Origin: Smithellaceae bacterium
GTDB lineage: Bacteria > Desulfobacterota > Syntrophia > Syntrophales > Smithellaceae
NCBI GenBank assembly: GCA_035341435.1
Contig: DAOQVG010000001.1
Location: 1 to 28,372, forward strand
Length of the DNA stretch: 28,372 bases
Reading direction: 5' to 3'
How positions within the stretch are numbered: position 1 is the stretch's first letter; each line of letters opens with the position of its first letter. The notes under the pieces are model-generated. The model was given only the letters and a program-made list of their open reading frames with translations. It was not told where the DNA came from and ran no database searches. This document shows positions 18,995-26,987 of the stretch, in pieces. The translations under genes and the position numbers were made by a program.

Positions 18995-20689
18995 TTATTG
19001 GTAAGGGAACTGGAGTGCAACGGTTGTTCCCTCGCCGCTTGTGCTTTCCACGTTAATAGTTCCGCCGTGCGCCTCCATTATCTTTTGCACGACCGCCAAT
19101 CCCAGGCCTGTTCCCGCCGGTTTGGAGGTAAAATAAGGGTCGTAGATATGCGGCAAATTCTCTTTCTCGATGCCTGTCCCCGTATCGGAAACGATCACAT
19201 CAATGCTGTTTGCCCTCGGTACAAGCTTGATGGTCAAACTGCCGCCGTCTTTCATCGCCGCCAGCGAGTTCAGGAAAATATTCAGCAGCACCTGTTTGAC
19301 TTTATCGGGATCAACTTCCACGGGCGGTAAATCGGAGGCCAGATCTGTTGAGATGTTAACATGATTCTTTTTGGCGTTGGCGACAATTAAGCCTAGTGTG
19401 TGCTGAATCAAACCGGGGAAAGACGTTTTTTCCCGCTTCAGCTGCAGAGGACGCGCAAATTCGATCAACTGGCTGATGACCCGATTAAGTCGCTCCACCT
19501 CGGCAATCATAATGTTCGCCATCTGCTCGTCTTCTTTATCTCCGGCCAGGCGTTCCTTGAAGTACACGGCAAATCCCTTGAGGGAGCTGAGCGGATTGCG
19601 AATTTCATGGGCGACGCCGGCGGCCAGGCTGGCAATGGAAGCCAGATGGCGGTTTTTTACCGCTTCTTTTTCCAGTTGCCGCAAGGCCGTCACATCGCGC
19701 AGCAGAAGTATCTTTCCGATGGGGTTTCCTGCGTCTGCAAGCGAGGCGGCAACAATTTCCAACGTTTTGCCTTCCTTCTCCCCGGCAGCAAGCTGCAAAT
19801 CTTCCTCCACCAGACCGCCCTGTTCAGGAAGTCCGGCCAGTATTTTATAAAGAGGCGCGGGCAGCACCGCATGCGCTTCTTTGCCGATGGTATCACCGCC
19901 GGCGGCGTTTAAAATAGCCCCCGCCTTTTCGTTGCAGGCGGCGACATCACCGACTGCATCGAGGGCAATCAGGCCGATAGGCATATTCTTAACGAGAGCC
20001 TGGGAAAAAACAATTATCCGGGAAAGGGAAGTGCGCGTTGAACGATAGGCCTGGACAAGAAACAGGGAAACGATGGCCGATGAACCAATGAGCAAAAGGA
20101 TAAGCGCGATTATAATTGTGTTGCGGGTATCCTCGCGGTCCGCCTTCTCCATCATGTCCATATTGAAACCGACGTAAATAATCATATTGCTGCTCTGGAT
20201 CAGGGGCGCCTTCTGCATTTCATCGTATCTTTCCCGGGGAAAAAGGCCGCGGTACACTTCAAATGTGCCGGCGCCCTCCGGGTTGGCCGTCCGGCGCCAT
20301 TTTTTTTCCGGGCTTAAAGCGATTTTTTCGGTATCCAGATCCAGGCCATAGCACTGCCCGACCATGGAAGGATCGCTGTCGGCGATGATGTTGCCCTTGT
20401 TGTCGGTGACGATAATGTAGTCAATATCCGACTGCTGCGCTGTTTCCATCAACAGCTTCTGGATCAAAAATAGATCGCTGCCCTCCCGGCTTGAACTGCG
20501 CAGGCCGGCCTCGAATGATCTGATGAGTGTCGCCCCTTTCTCCATCAGCAACTCAACGGCCTGTTCCTTCTGCCGCTGAAAATGGGTAAAAGCCATCACG
20601 GCGGAAATCACGGCCAACACGGCAATCGCACTTATCGCCACCCAGATGGAGATGTCAAAACGGGATTTTTGTCTGGATTTAATCTTCAC
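18995..20689 (-). CDS. zraS: Sensor histidine kinase with PAS domain (ZraS/HydH-like)
   Basis: Two TM helices, PAS (NMPIGLIALD), AHEIRNPL, NIFLNS, DTGTGI, GTGLGL; start GTG 20689 preferred (alternative TTG 20728). Confidence 0.82.
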   Translation of the reverse strand: MKIKSRQKSRFDISIWVAISAIAVLAVISAVMAFTHFQRQKEQAVELLMEKGATLIRSFEAGLRSSSREGSDLFLIQKLLMETAQQSDIDYIIVTDNKGNIIADSDPSMVGQCYGLDLDTEKIALSPEKKWRRTANPEGAGTFEVYRGLFPRERYDEMQKAPLIQSSNMIIYVGFNMDMMEKADREDTRNTIIIALILLLIGSSAIVSLFLVQAYRSTRTSLSRIIVFSQALVKNMPIGLIALDAVGDVAACNEKAGAILNAAGGDTIGKEAHAVLPAPLYKILAGLPEQGGLVEEDLQLAAGEKEGKTLEIVAASLADAGNPIGKILLLRDVTALRQLEKEAVKNRHLASIASLAAGVAHEIRNPLSSLKGFAVYFKERLAGDKEDEQMANIMIAEVERLNRVISQLIEFARPLQLKREKTSFPGLIQHTLGLIVANAKKNHVNISTDLASDLPPVEVDPDKVKQVLLNIFLNSLAAMKDGGSLTIKLVPRANSIDVIVSDTGTGIEKENLPHIYDPYFTSKPAGTGLGLAVVQKIMEAHGGTINVESTSGEGTTVALQFPYQ

Positions 20690-20737
20690 AACCGACTTTC
20701 TGTTTGCTGCCCGGGATAATGTTTGCAAAACTGTGCA

Positions 20738-20787
20738 TGGATACTAATTATCCACGCGGTTACCTTTGTGTGGATACATATTATCCG
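20738..20787. promoter_or_regulatory. Tandem palindromic enhancer boxes TGGATA-N5-TATCC(A/G), candidate sites for the ZraR-like activator
   Basis: TGGATACTAATTATCCA at 20738-20754 and TGGATACATATTATCCG at 20771-20787; 33-bp period; about 85-135 bp upstream of a sigma54 promoter. Confidence 0.7.
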
Positions 20788-20841
20788 TCAATGAAATAAA
20801 ATTCAAATGCTAATTTGGCTTCTCAGGTGATAACCTTATCT

Positions 20842-20854
20842 AATCAGCATGTTA
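20842..20854 (+). promoter_or_regulatory. IHF binding site
   Basis: AATCAG-CATG-TTA matches WATCAR-N4-TTR; between the enhancer boxes and -24. Confidence 0.55.
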
Positions 20855-20871
20855 TCTTGAAATATGATAAA

Positions 20872-20887
20872 TGGCACATCCCTTGCT
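20872..20887 (+). promoter_or_regulatory. sigma54 -24/-12 promoter of the zraP-like gene
   Basis: TGGCAC-ATCCC-TTGCT with exact spacing. Confidence 0.85.
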
Positions 20888-20938
20888 CTATGTAACGTCG
20901 AATTGCTTCACAATAAAAACCTGACAAGGAGGTTCAAT

Positions 20939-21424
20939 ATGAAAAAAATAACTTTAGCATTGCTTACTCTCGCCGTAGGTCTCGTTTTGAGCATGCCGGT
21001 ATTCGCTTCGGGGCCGGGCCAGGGTATGCGGCATGGCGGCGGTAACCATCATGAGTACACAGTCTGGTCAAAGCTGAATCTTACCGATGCGCAGAAAGCA
21101 AAAATTGAAGCGCTGCAGACTGCCCACCGGAAAGAAATAAGGCCGGTAAGAGAAAAGATGTTCGATAAATCGGTCGAACTGCGCAGGATGTGGCTGCAGG
21201 AAAATCCCGATAAGGATAAAATCCTGGCCCTGCAAAAAGAAGTGAGAGTTCTGCGCGATCAGCTGGAAGATAAAACAACCGCCCATAAACTGGAAGTTCG
21301 TAAAGTGTTGACACCGGAGCAGCGGGAAAAACTGGTTAACTCCGGCTGGGGCAAAGGCAAGGGCTTTGGTCCCCGCGGCGGCATGAGAGGCCATGGTGAA
21401 CACGGTCCGGGAATCTGCTACTAA
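20939..21424 (+). CDS. Periplasmic Spy/CpxP/ZraP-family protein
   Basis: Signal peptide, two LTxxQ motifs (LTDAQ, LTPEQ), Gly/Met/His-rich ends; SD AAGGAGG; divergent from zraSR. Confidence 0.85.
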   Translation: MKKITLALLTLAVGLVLSMPVFASGPGQGMRHGGGNHHEYTVWSKLNLTDAQKAKIEALQTAHRKEIRPVREKMFDKSVELRRMWLQENPDKDKILALQKEVRVLRDQLEDKTTAHKLEVRKVLTPEQREKLVNSGWGKGKGFGPRGGMRGHGEHGPGICY

Positions 21425-21433
21425 ATTAACTTT

Positions 21434-21557
21434 GACGGCCTCGTAAAAAGGCCGGATGCTGCGTTGCGCTTCATCATTCGTCACTGCGGCGCACGCTAAG
21501 TGCGCCTCATTCCTTATGATTTGCGCGCCTTGCCTGCGGCCTTTTTACGAGGCCGTC
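21434..21557. mobile_element. 124-bp MITE-like element with 21-bp perfect terminal inverted repeats
   Basis: GACGGCCTCGTAAAAAGGCCG (21434-21454) and its exact reverse complement (21537-21557); internal hairpin GGCGCAC-N5-GTGCGCC; no ORF. Confidence 0.6.
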
Positions 21558-21622
21558 TGAAAATTGTTATTTTGCAACTTTTTACAAATTCATCAACTTT
21601 CTCCTCCCTCCCCCCCTTTTTT

Positions 21623-21655
21623 AAGGAGGGAACGCCCGACGTTCCCTCCTTTTTT
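21623..21655 (+). terminator. Rho-independent terminator after the zraP-like gene
   Basis: 12-bp stem AAGGAGGGAACG-CCCGA-CGTTCCCTCCTT running into a T tract. Confidence 0.85.
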
Positions 21656-21675
21656 CATGTCGGCGGAAAAAGCCA

Positions 21676-21705
21676 TTGACAGCAAAAAAGCTTTCCTGTT
21701 ATCTT
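21676..21705 (+). promoter_or_regulatory. Candidate sigma70 promoter of the rfaH-eCIS operon
   Basis: Perfect TTGACA, 18-nt spacer, extended -10 TG-T-TATCTT, in an AT-rich region. Confidence 0.45.
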
Positions 21706-21896
21706 ATTATATATAGAAAAATAAACTTACCGATATACGATTGTTTTATAATCATTAATGACATTAATCAGATAATTTGTGTAGCTTGTAAAGATCCGGC
21801 TGACTTCTATCGCACCAAACTGTCCAGGGCTGAATATACTGTGAAGTATTTTGTAAAAGAGTGCGAGTACTGTAACTTTTTAATGAATATGGCCAA

Positions 21897-21932
21897 AGCT
21901 GTTTACATATGACAGCTAATGGCGGTAGCCTG
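21897..21932 (+). promoter_or_regulatory. ops element (GGCGGTAGCCTG, 21921-21932) preceded by a JUMPstart-like hairpin
   Basis: Exact match to GGCGGTAGnnTG; hairpin AGCTGT-N9-ACAGCT at 21897-21917; 19 nt before an RfaH-like gene. Confidence 0.85.
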
Positions 21933-21951
21933 CAAAAATCCGGCACAAATA

Positions 21952-22449
21952 ATGAAGAACTGGTACTGCATTTACACCAAGCCCAAAATGGAGGAGACGG
22001 TCAGCGGTCAACTGCTGAATCTGCCGGATATCGAAGTGTTTCAACCCAAACTGAAACGCAGCGGCCTCCGCCGCGGCAAGGTGCAGGAAAAGACGGAGCA
22101 CCTCTTCCCCTGCTATCTTTTCTCCCGCTTTACCCCTTCTCGGTACTATCATTTGATCACGTATACGCGGGGCGTCAAACGCATCATCAGCGATCCGTCG
22201 GGGCATCCCTGCGTGGTGGATGATCGAATCATCGACCAGATCCGCTCCCGGCTTACAGACGGATATATTTACATGGATCAGGCTGTTTTCCATCCCGGGG
22301 ACAAGGTAATGATCCAGGAAGGCCCCCTGGCGGGATTTACCGGCATCTTTCAGCAGCTGAAAGCCCGGGACCGCGTCTTAATGCTTCTCAATTTCATCAA
22401 TTATCAGGCTCGAATCGAAGTAGACGGAAAATACATTACGAAAATTTAA
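21952..22449 (+). CDS. rfaH: RfaH-like (NusG paralog) operon-specific transcription antiterminator
   Basis: 165 aa; WYCIYTK, EHLFPCYLF, TRGV, KOW CTD PGDKVMIQEGPLAGFTGIF...LLNFIN align by eye to E. coli RfaH; start could be 21919. Confidence 0.82.
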   Translation: MKNWYCIYTKPKMEETVSGQLLNLPDIEVFQPKLKRSGLRRGKVQEKTEHLFPCYLFSRFTPSRYYHLITYTRGVKRIISDPSGHPCVVDDRIIDQIRSRLTDGYIYMDQAVFHPGDKVMIQEGPLAGFTGIFQQLKARDRVLMLLNFINYQARIEVDGKYITKI

Positions 22450-22485
22450 TAATAATTCCAAAGTTCCTAAGAAAGGAGATTTGTG

Positions 22486-24789
22486 ATGCCAGTTACACCA
22501 ACATATCCCGGAGTTTATATTGAGGAAGTGCCCAGCGGCGTACGCACCATCACCGGTGTGAGTACATCAGTGACCGCTTTTGTGGGCAGCACAAAACGGG
22601 GGCCCATCAACAAGGCCATAAGGATTCTCAGCTACGCGGATTTCGAACGCGCTTTCGGCGGGCTGGATGCCGGCTCCAAATTGAGTTACGCCGTCCGTCA
22701 GTTTTATTTAAACGGCGGCAGCGACGCGTGGATCGTCCGTCTGGCGAAGAATGCCTCCGCCGCTCAAAAGATCCTGACCGCCGGCGGTTCCGCCAACGTG
22801 CTGGAACTGACGGCCCTGGATGAAGGAAGTGCGGGAAACAACATTGAAATCCGTGTGGACTATGCAACCGCCAACCCCGCCAGCACCTTCAATCTTACGC
22901 TTTTTTACGCTCCCGCCGACGCTCCGGCTGATGCGATTACGGAAAAATTTGCAAATCTCTCCATGAACAGCAAAGATTCGTCCTACGTCGTCGATAAAAT
23001 CAATGGTGTTTCCAGGCTGGTTGCAGTCAAAAACATTGCCAGCCTCGCCGGCCTCGGCAAAGGAACAAGCGTCAGCGGCCAACTGGTGGATGAATCCAGC
23101 AATCTGCTGGATGTCGCCCTGCTGCGCGACGACACTCACAATGCGTTGCGGATATCCGTCAACGGTCTGGCTCCCGTATCCGTCGTTCTCGCCCCGGCAG
23201 ATGTAACCGGCGCGACGGCTGCCGACCGTCTGGAAAAGCTGCGCGCGGCTATCGCAACGCGCCTGACTACGGCCGTACCATCCGAGCCGGCCCTCAAAGA
23301 CCTGACCGTCGCTGTCAATGCGGACAAACAAATCGTCATCACCTCCGGTGTGGCGGGAGAAGCTTCCACGGTTCGCGTTCTTCCCGGCGAAAGAAACGAC
23401 ATCTCCGCCCGCTTGAAACTGGGAACATTAAACGGCGGCGTGGAAACCGACGCCGTTGCCGCAATTCGCCCTGCGGAAATCCCTCTGCGGGGAGAATTGA
23501 CCAGTGCTGCTTTTGCCGCCGCGCTGACAGTTCCTTCCGCAGCCAAGACCAGCTTCAAAATCAGCGTGGACGGTTATGGACCGGATACCGTCGTTCTGGA
23601 TGCCGCCGTGGCTTCCGGCGCGACCATCCCCGCCCAGCTGGCCGACATGGCCGGAAGGATTCAGAGCAAAGTCCGCGCGCTTCAACCCGCGATTGCCGGT
23701 TACAAAGGATTCACCTGTGCCAGTACGGCTGACAAGCTGATCCTCTCTTCCGGTACACGCGGCACAGGCTCCTCCGTGGTTGTCGATGCCGCCGCCGCCA
23801 ATGACATCGCTGCAGTTTTAAATCTGCTTTCCGGTACAACATCTGTTTTGCCAACCAACGTTACGCTTGCCGGCGGCAACGAGCAGCCTTACGCGGACGA
23901 AGCCGCCCCTTATGATCTCTTCATCGCCGACCGCTCCAAGCGCAAAGGCATTTATGCCCTGGAGTCGGTTGATATCTTCAATCTTCTTTGCCTTCCCGGC
24001 ATAACTGATCCCGGCATTCTCATGGACGCCGGCTCCTACTGCCAGGAGCGGCGGGCATTCATGATCATTGATGCCCCGGCCAATAAGAAAGAACCATCCG
24101 CAATGTATGATGCCGCCCGCAGCACGGCGCTGCCGAAAACGGACTACGCCGCCGTTTACTACCCGTGGCTGAAAATCGCTGATCCGCTGCAGAACGGCAA
24201 ACAGGTACTGCAGCCGCCCTGCGGCACAATCGCCGGTTTGTATGCACGCACAGACAGCGCGCGCGGCGTCTGGAAAGCTCCGGCGGGAACCGATGCGACA
24301 CTGGCCGGCGTTCAGGCGGTCGACTACACTCTCACCGATCTGGAAAACGGCACCCTGAATCCTCTGGGCGTCAACTGCATCCGCGTTCTGCCTGTTTACG
24401 GAGCCGTAGCCTGGGGTGCACGGACGCTGCGCGGCGCCGATGAAATGGCTTCCGAATGGAAGTACATCCCCATCCGCCGTCTTGCTCTCTACATCGAAGA
24501 AAGCCTCTACCGGGGCACGCAGTGGGTGGTTTTCGAACCCAACGATGAACCGCTCTGGTCGCAGATTCGCCTTAATGTCGGCGCCTTCATGCACAATCTT
24601 TTCCGCCAGGGCGCATTCCAGGGGGTAAGCCCGAAAGAAGCCTATTTCGTCAAGTGCGACAAGGAAACGACGACGCAAAACGACATCAATTCCGGCATCG
24701 TCAACATCGTGGTGGGATTTGCGCCGCTCAAGCCCGCGGAATTCGTCATTATCAAGCTCCAGCAGATGGCTGGACAGATTCAGAGTTAG
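22486..24789 (+). CDS. Contractile tail sheath protein (eCIS), with a large internal insertion
   Basis: TYPGVYIEEVPSG, F(Y)LNGG, AAVYYPW, PPCGTIAGLYARTDSARGVWKAPAG, WGARTL, VVFEPND, GFAPLKPAEFVII; SD AAGGAG. Confidence 0.95.
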   Translation: MPVTPTYPGVYIEEVPSGVRTITGVSTSVTAFVGSTKRGPINKAIRILSYADFERAFGGLDAGSKLSYAVRQFYLNGGSDAWIVRLAKNASAAQKILTAGGSANVLELTALDEGSAGNNIEIRVDYATANPASTFNLTLFYAPADAPADAITEKFANLSMNSKDSSYVVDKINGVSRLVAVKNIASLAGLGKGTSVSGQLVDESSNLLDVALLRDDTHNALRISVNGLAPVSVVLAPADVTGATAADRLEKLRAAIATRLTTAVPSEPALKDLTVAVNADKQIVITSGVAGEASTVRVLPGERNDISARLKLGTLNGGVETDAVAAIRPAEIPLRGELTSAAFAAALTVPSAAKTSFKISVDGYGPDTVVLDAAVASGATIPAQLADMAGRIQSKVRALQPAIAGYKGFTCASTADKLILSSGTRGTGSSVVVDAAAANDIAAVLNLLSGTTSVLPTNVTLAGGNEQPYADEAAPYDLFIADRSKRKGIYALESVDIFNLLCLPGITDPGILMDAGSYCQERRAFMIIDAPANKKEPSAMYDAARSTALPKTDYAAVYYPWLKIADPLQNGKQVLQPPCGTIAGLYARTDSARGVWKAPAGTDATLAGVQAVDYTLTDLENGTLNPLGVNCIRVLPVYGAVAWGARTLRGADEMASEWKYIPIRRLALYIEESLYRGTQWVVFEPNDEPLWSQIRLNVGAFMHNLFRQGAFQGVSPKEAYFVKCDKETTTQNDINSGIVNIVVGFAPLKPAEFVIIKLQQMAGQIQS

Positions 24790-24801
24790 GAGGAAAAACC
24801 C

Positions 24802-25326
24802 ATGGCTAAATTTACCGTTAATCCGCAGCGTTTCGATCCATATAAGAATTTCAAATTCCGCGTCAAGTGGGACGGCCGTTATGTCGCCGGCGTCAGCAAA
24901 GTGGGCGCTTTAAAGAAAACAACGGAAGTCGTGGAACATCGAGAGGGCGGTGATCCCAGTTCGTCGAGAAAGTCGCCGGGCCGGACGAAATACGAGGCCA
25001 TCACGCTGGAACGGGGAGTTACCCACGACAAGGATTTTGAACAGTGGGCCAACAAGGTCTGGAATTTCGGTTCCGGTCTGGGCGCAGAAGTGTCGTTGAA
25101 GGATTTCCGCAAGGACATCATTGTGGAAGTATACAATGAAGCCGGACAGCTGGCTATCGCCTACAAGGTTTACCGCTGTTGGGTATCGGAGTTTCAGGCT
25201 CTGCCGGAGCTTGACGCCAACGCCAACGCCGTGGCCATTCAGACGATCAAACTGGAAAACGAAGGCTGGGAGCGCGATTACAGCATCAGCGAGCCCGCCG
25301 AACCGACCTTTACCGAACCGGAATAA
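24802..25326 (+). CDS. Tail tube protein (T4 gp19-like, eCIS)
   Basis: RFDPYKNFKFRV, HREGG, PGRTKYEAITLERGVT, YKVYRCWVSE, IKLENEGW; SD AGGAGG. Confidence 0.93.
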   Translation: MAKFTVNPQRFDPYKNFKFRVKWDGRYVAGVSKVGALKKTTEVVEHREGGDPSSSRKSPGRTKYEAITLERGVTHDKDFEQWANKVWNFGSGLGAEVSLKDFRKDIIVEVYNEAGQLAIAYKVYRCWVSEFQALPELDANANAVAIQTIKLENEGWERDYSISEPAEPTFTEPE

Positions 25327-25329
25327 AAG

Positions 25330-26064
25330 ATGAATCAACTTTCAGCCGCCAGACTGCTGGAGGTTTGGGAACAGGGGTTGTCGGCGACGCCGGTTGAACG
25401 CGCCCTGCTGCTTTTGAGTGCCAACCATGAAGGAGAATCGTGGGATGCGCTGTCCAAACTGAGCATCGGTAAACGCGACGTCCGGCTGTTGCAACTGCGC
25501 GCAGAAACATTCGGCTCTTCCCTGCAGGCGGTTTGCGATTGTCCAAAGTGCGGCGAAACCGTTGAAATGTCTTTCGAGGTCAATGATATTCTTGTCGACA
25601 TGCCGGAAGCGGAGGATGGATTGTTAAGTCTGTCAACAGGAAACTATAATGTTCACTTCCGTCTGCCCGACAGCCGCGACCTTGCAGCGGCGGTTAGTGC
25701 GGGGGACAGATCTCTTGCCGCCCGGCGGCTGCTCCACCGGTGCATCATTGAGGCGCGTCGGGACGATAAGATCATCCCTTCTGATGCACTGTCGCCCAAT
25801 GTATTGGATGCCGTGGCCCAGCGTATCGCCGCGATTGACGCCCAGTCGAATATTGAGTTCGAAATGACCTGCCCCGCCTGCAGTTCCACGTGGGTTTCTC
25901 CCTTTGACATCGGCGCTTTCTTCTGGATGGAAATTTCCGCCTGGGCAAAACGCGTGCTGCGCGACGTCCATACACTGGCCTGCACTTATGGATGGAGCGA
26001 AGAAGAAATACTGGCCCTCAGTCCGGCAAGACGGCAGGCCTACCTGGAGATGGTATCCGGATGA
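25330..26064 (+). CDS. Conserved eCIS accessory protein with two CxxC motifs (often annotated as baseplate or assembly-chaperone-like)
   Basis: CPKCG and CPACS; C-terminal DVHTLACTYGWSEEEILALSPARRQAYLEMV; position right after the tube gene. Confidence 0.7.
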   Translation: MNQLSAARLLEVWEQGLSATPVERALLLLSANHEGESWDALSKLSIGKRDVRLLQLRAETFGSSLQAVCDCPKCGETVEMSFEVNDILVDMPEAEDGLLSLSTGNYNVHFRLPDSRDLAAAVSAGDRSLAARRLLHRCIIEARRDDKIIPSDALSPNVLDAVAQRIAAIDAQSNIEFEMTCPACSSTWVSPFDIGAFFWMEISAWAKRVLRDVHTLACTYGWSEEEILALSPARRQAYLEMVSG

Positions 26065-26987
26065 ATGATTATTTTCAGCATTTGATTGATAATAGCACTG
26101 ATCAGGCTCCGGCCATTCGTCCCCGGTTTTCTTCGGTCTTCGAATTCCCGGATGTTGCCGCCGCTACGGTAAATAATGTTTCGGAAGTTGAAATAATTAA
26201 TCGTCCGGCGGAAAAAACGGAGGGGACGCCGACTGTTCATCCCGGACTTTCCCCGGCAACGGAATTCGCGGATGCACCGGACTCTACTGCAGTTGCTGAT
26301 TTCAGGTCTGAAATAATTCATCACTCGCTGGAAAAAACAGGCATCGATCAGGAAGCAACCACCGCTGCCCCATATAAAGTGTTGTCGGGACAGGAAACAT
26401 CTCCGGAAAAACTTATCCGGGACAAAGCTTCTGAAAAGCATATTAAAGATACCCAAGATGCAACAACATCTTTATACGAAGATACCGTCCGTATATTTCC
26501 CGGCGAGACCGTTGATTCAGTGCACCAGGAAACTGTTATAAATAATGTACGGCCGCAGGCGGCGGCGCCTGATCTTCAGCTGTCAGCTGTTGGTGATGAC
26601 GGTACAAATCAAAAAACGGACACTCTGCCTTCAACCAGGGACGAAGTAGAAAGAATGGCCCAACGAGTTTCTTCCCAGGAAGCCGTGACTGCGGTCTCTA
26701 CATTGGCGCCTTATTCTGAACGATTACATGACTCCCGTGCCGGACTCAAACAGCAGCCAGGAATCCGGCCGCTGACCGCAGCAGAGAACAGACTCCAAAT
26801 GCCGCCAGCCTTCCCTACCCGGGAAGATCGGCCGGAAAGAACAATCAAGGTTACCATCGGACGCATAGAAGTGCGGGCGGTGATGCCGCCGGCGCCTTTA
26901 TCTCAACCACGTACGGTTCCGCAGGAACCGCAGCCGAAAATTTCACTGGAAGACTATCTTAAAAAACAACGGGGAGGCAGCCGATGA
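26061..26987 (+). CDS. eCIS-associated hypothetical protein, low-complexity centre with conserved-looking termini
   Basis: ATGA overlap with the upstream stop and with the downstream start (translational coupling); C-terminal TIKVTIGRIEVRA...ISLEDYL. Confidence 0.72.
   Translation: MNDYFQHLIDNSTDQAPAIRPRFSSVFEFPDVAAATVNNVSEVEIINRPAEKTEGTPTVHPGLSPATEFADAPDSTAVADFRSEIIHHSLEKTGIDQEATTAAPYKVLSGQETSPEKLIRDKASEKHIKDTQDATTSLYEDTVRIFPGETVDSVHQETVINNVRPQAAAPDLQLSAVGDDGTNQKTDTLPSTRDEVERMAQRVSSQEAVTAVSTLAPYSERLHDSRAGLKQQPGIRPLTAAENRLQMPPAFPTREDRPERTIKVTIGRIEVRAVMPPAPLSQPRTVPQEPQPKISLEDYLKKQRGGSR

Noticed and set aside
20864-20938. N-terminal extension of the zraP-like ORF in the ORF track
   Set aside because: It overlaps the sigma54 promoter; the SD AAGGAGG and the signal peptide point to ATG 20939.
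21676-21912. 78-aa ORF as a leader peptide
   Set aside because: Its TTG start is the putative -35 box, it has no SD, and its composition is that of AT-rich intergenic DNA.
21920-21934. TGGCGG...TGCA as a sigma54 promoter for the eCIS operon
   Set aside because: GG to GC distance is one base short of the invariant -24/-12 spacing; the sequence is better explained as ops.
23818-24678. 286-aa antisense ORF inside the sheath gene (and similar long antisense ORFs at 17995..18588, 22708..23331, 19400..19912)
   Set aside because: Shadow frames of GC-rich coding sequence with no recognisable motifs or SD.
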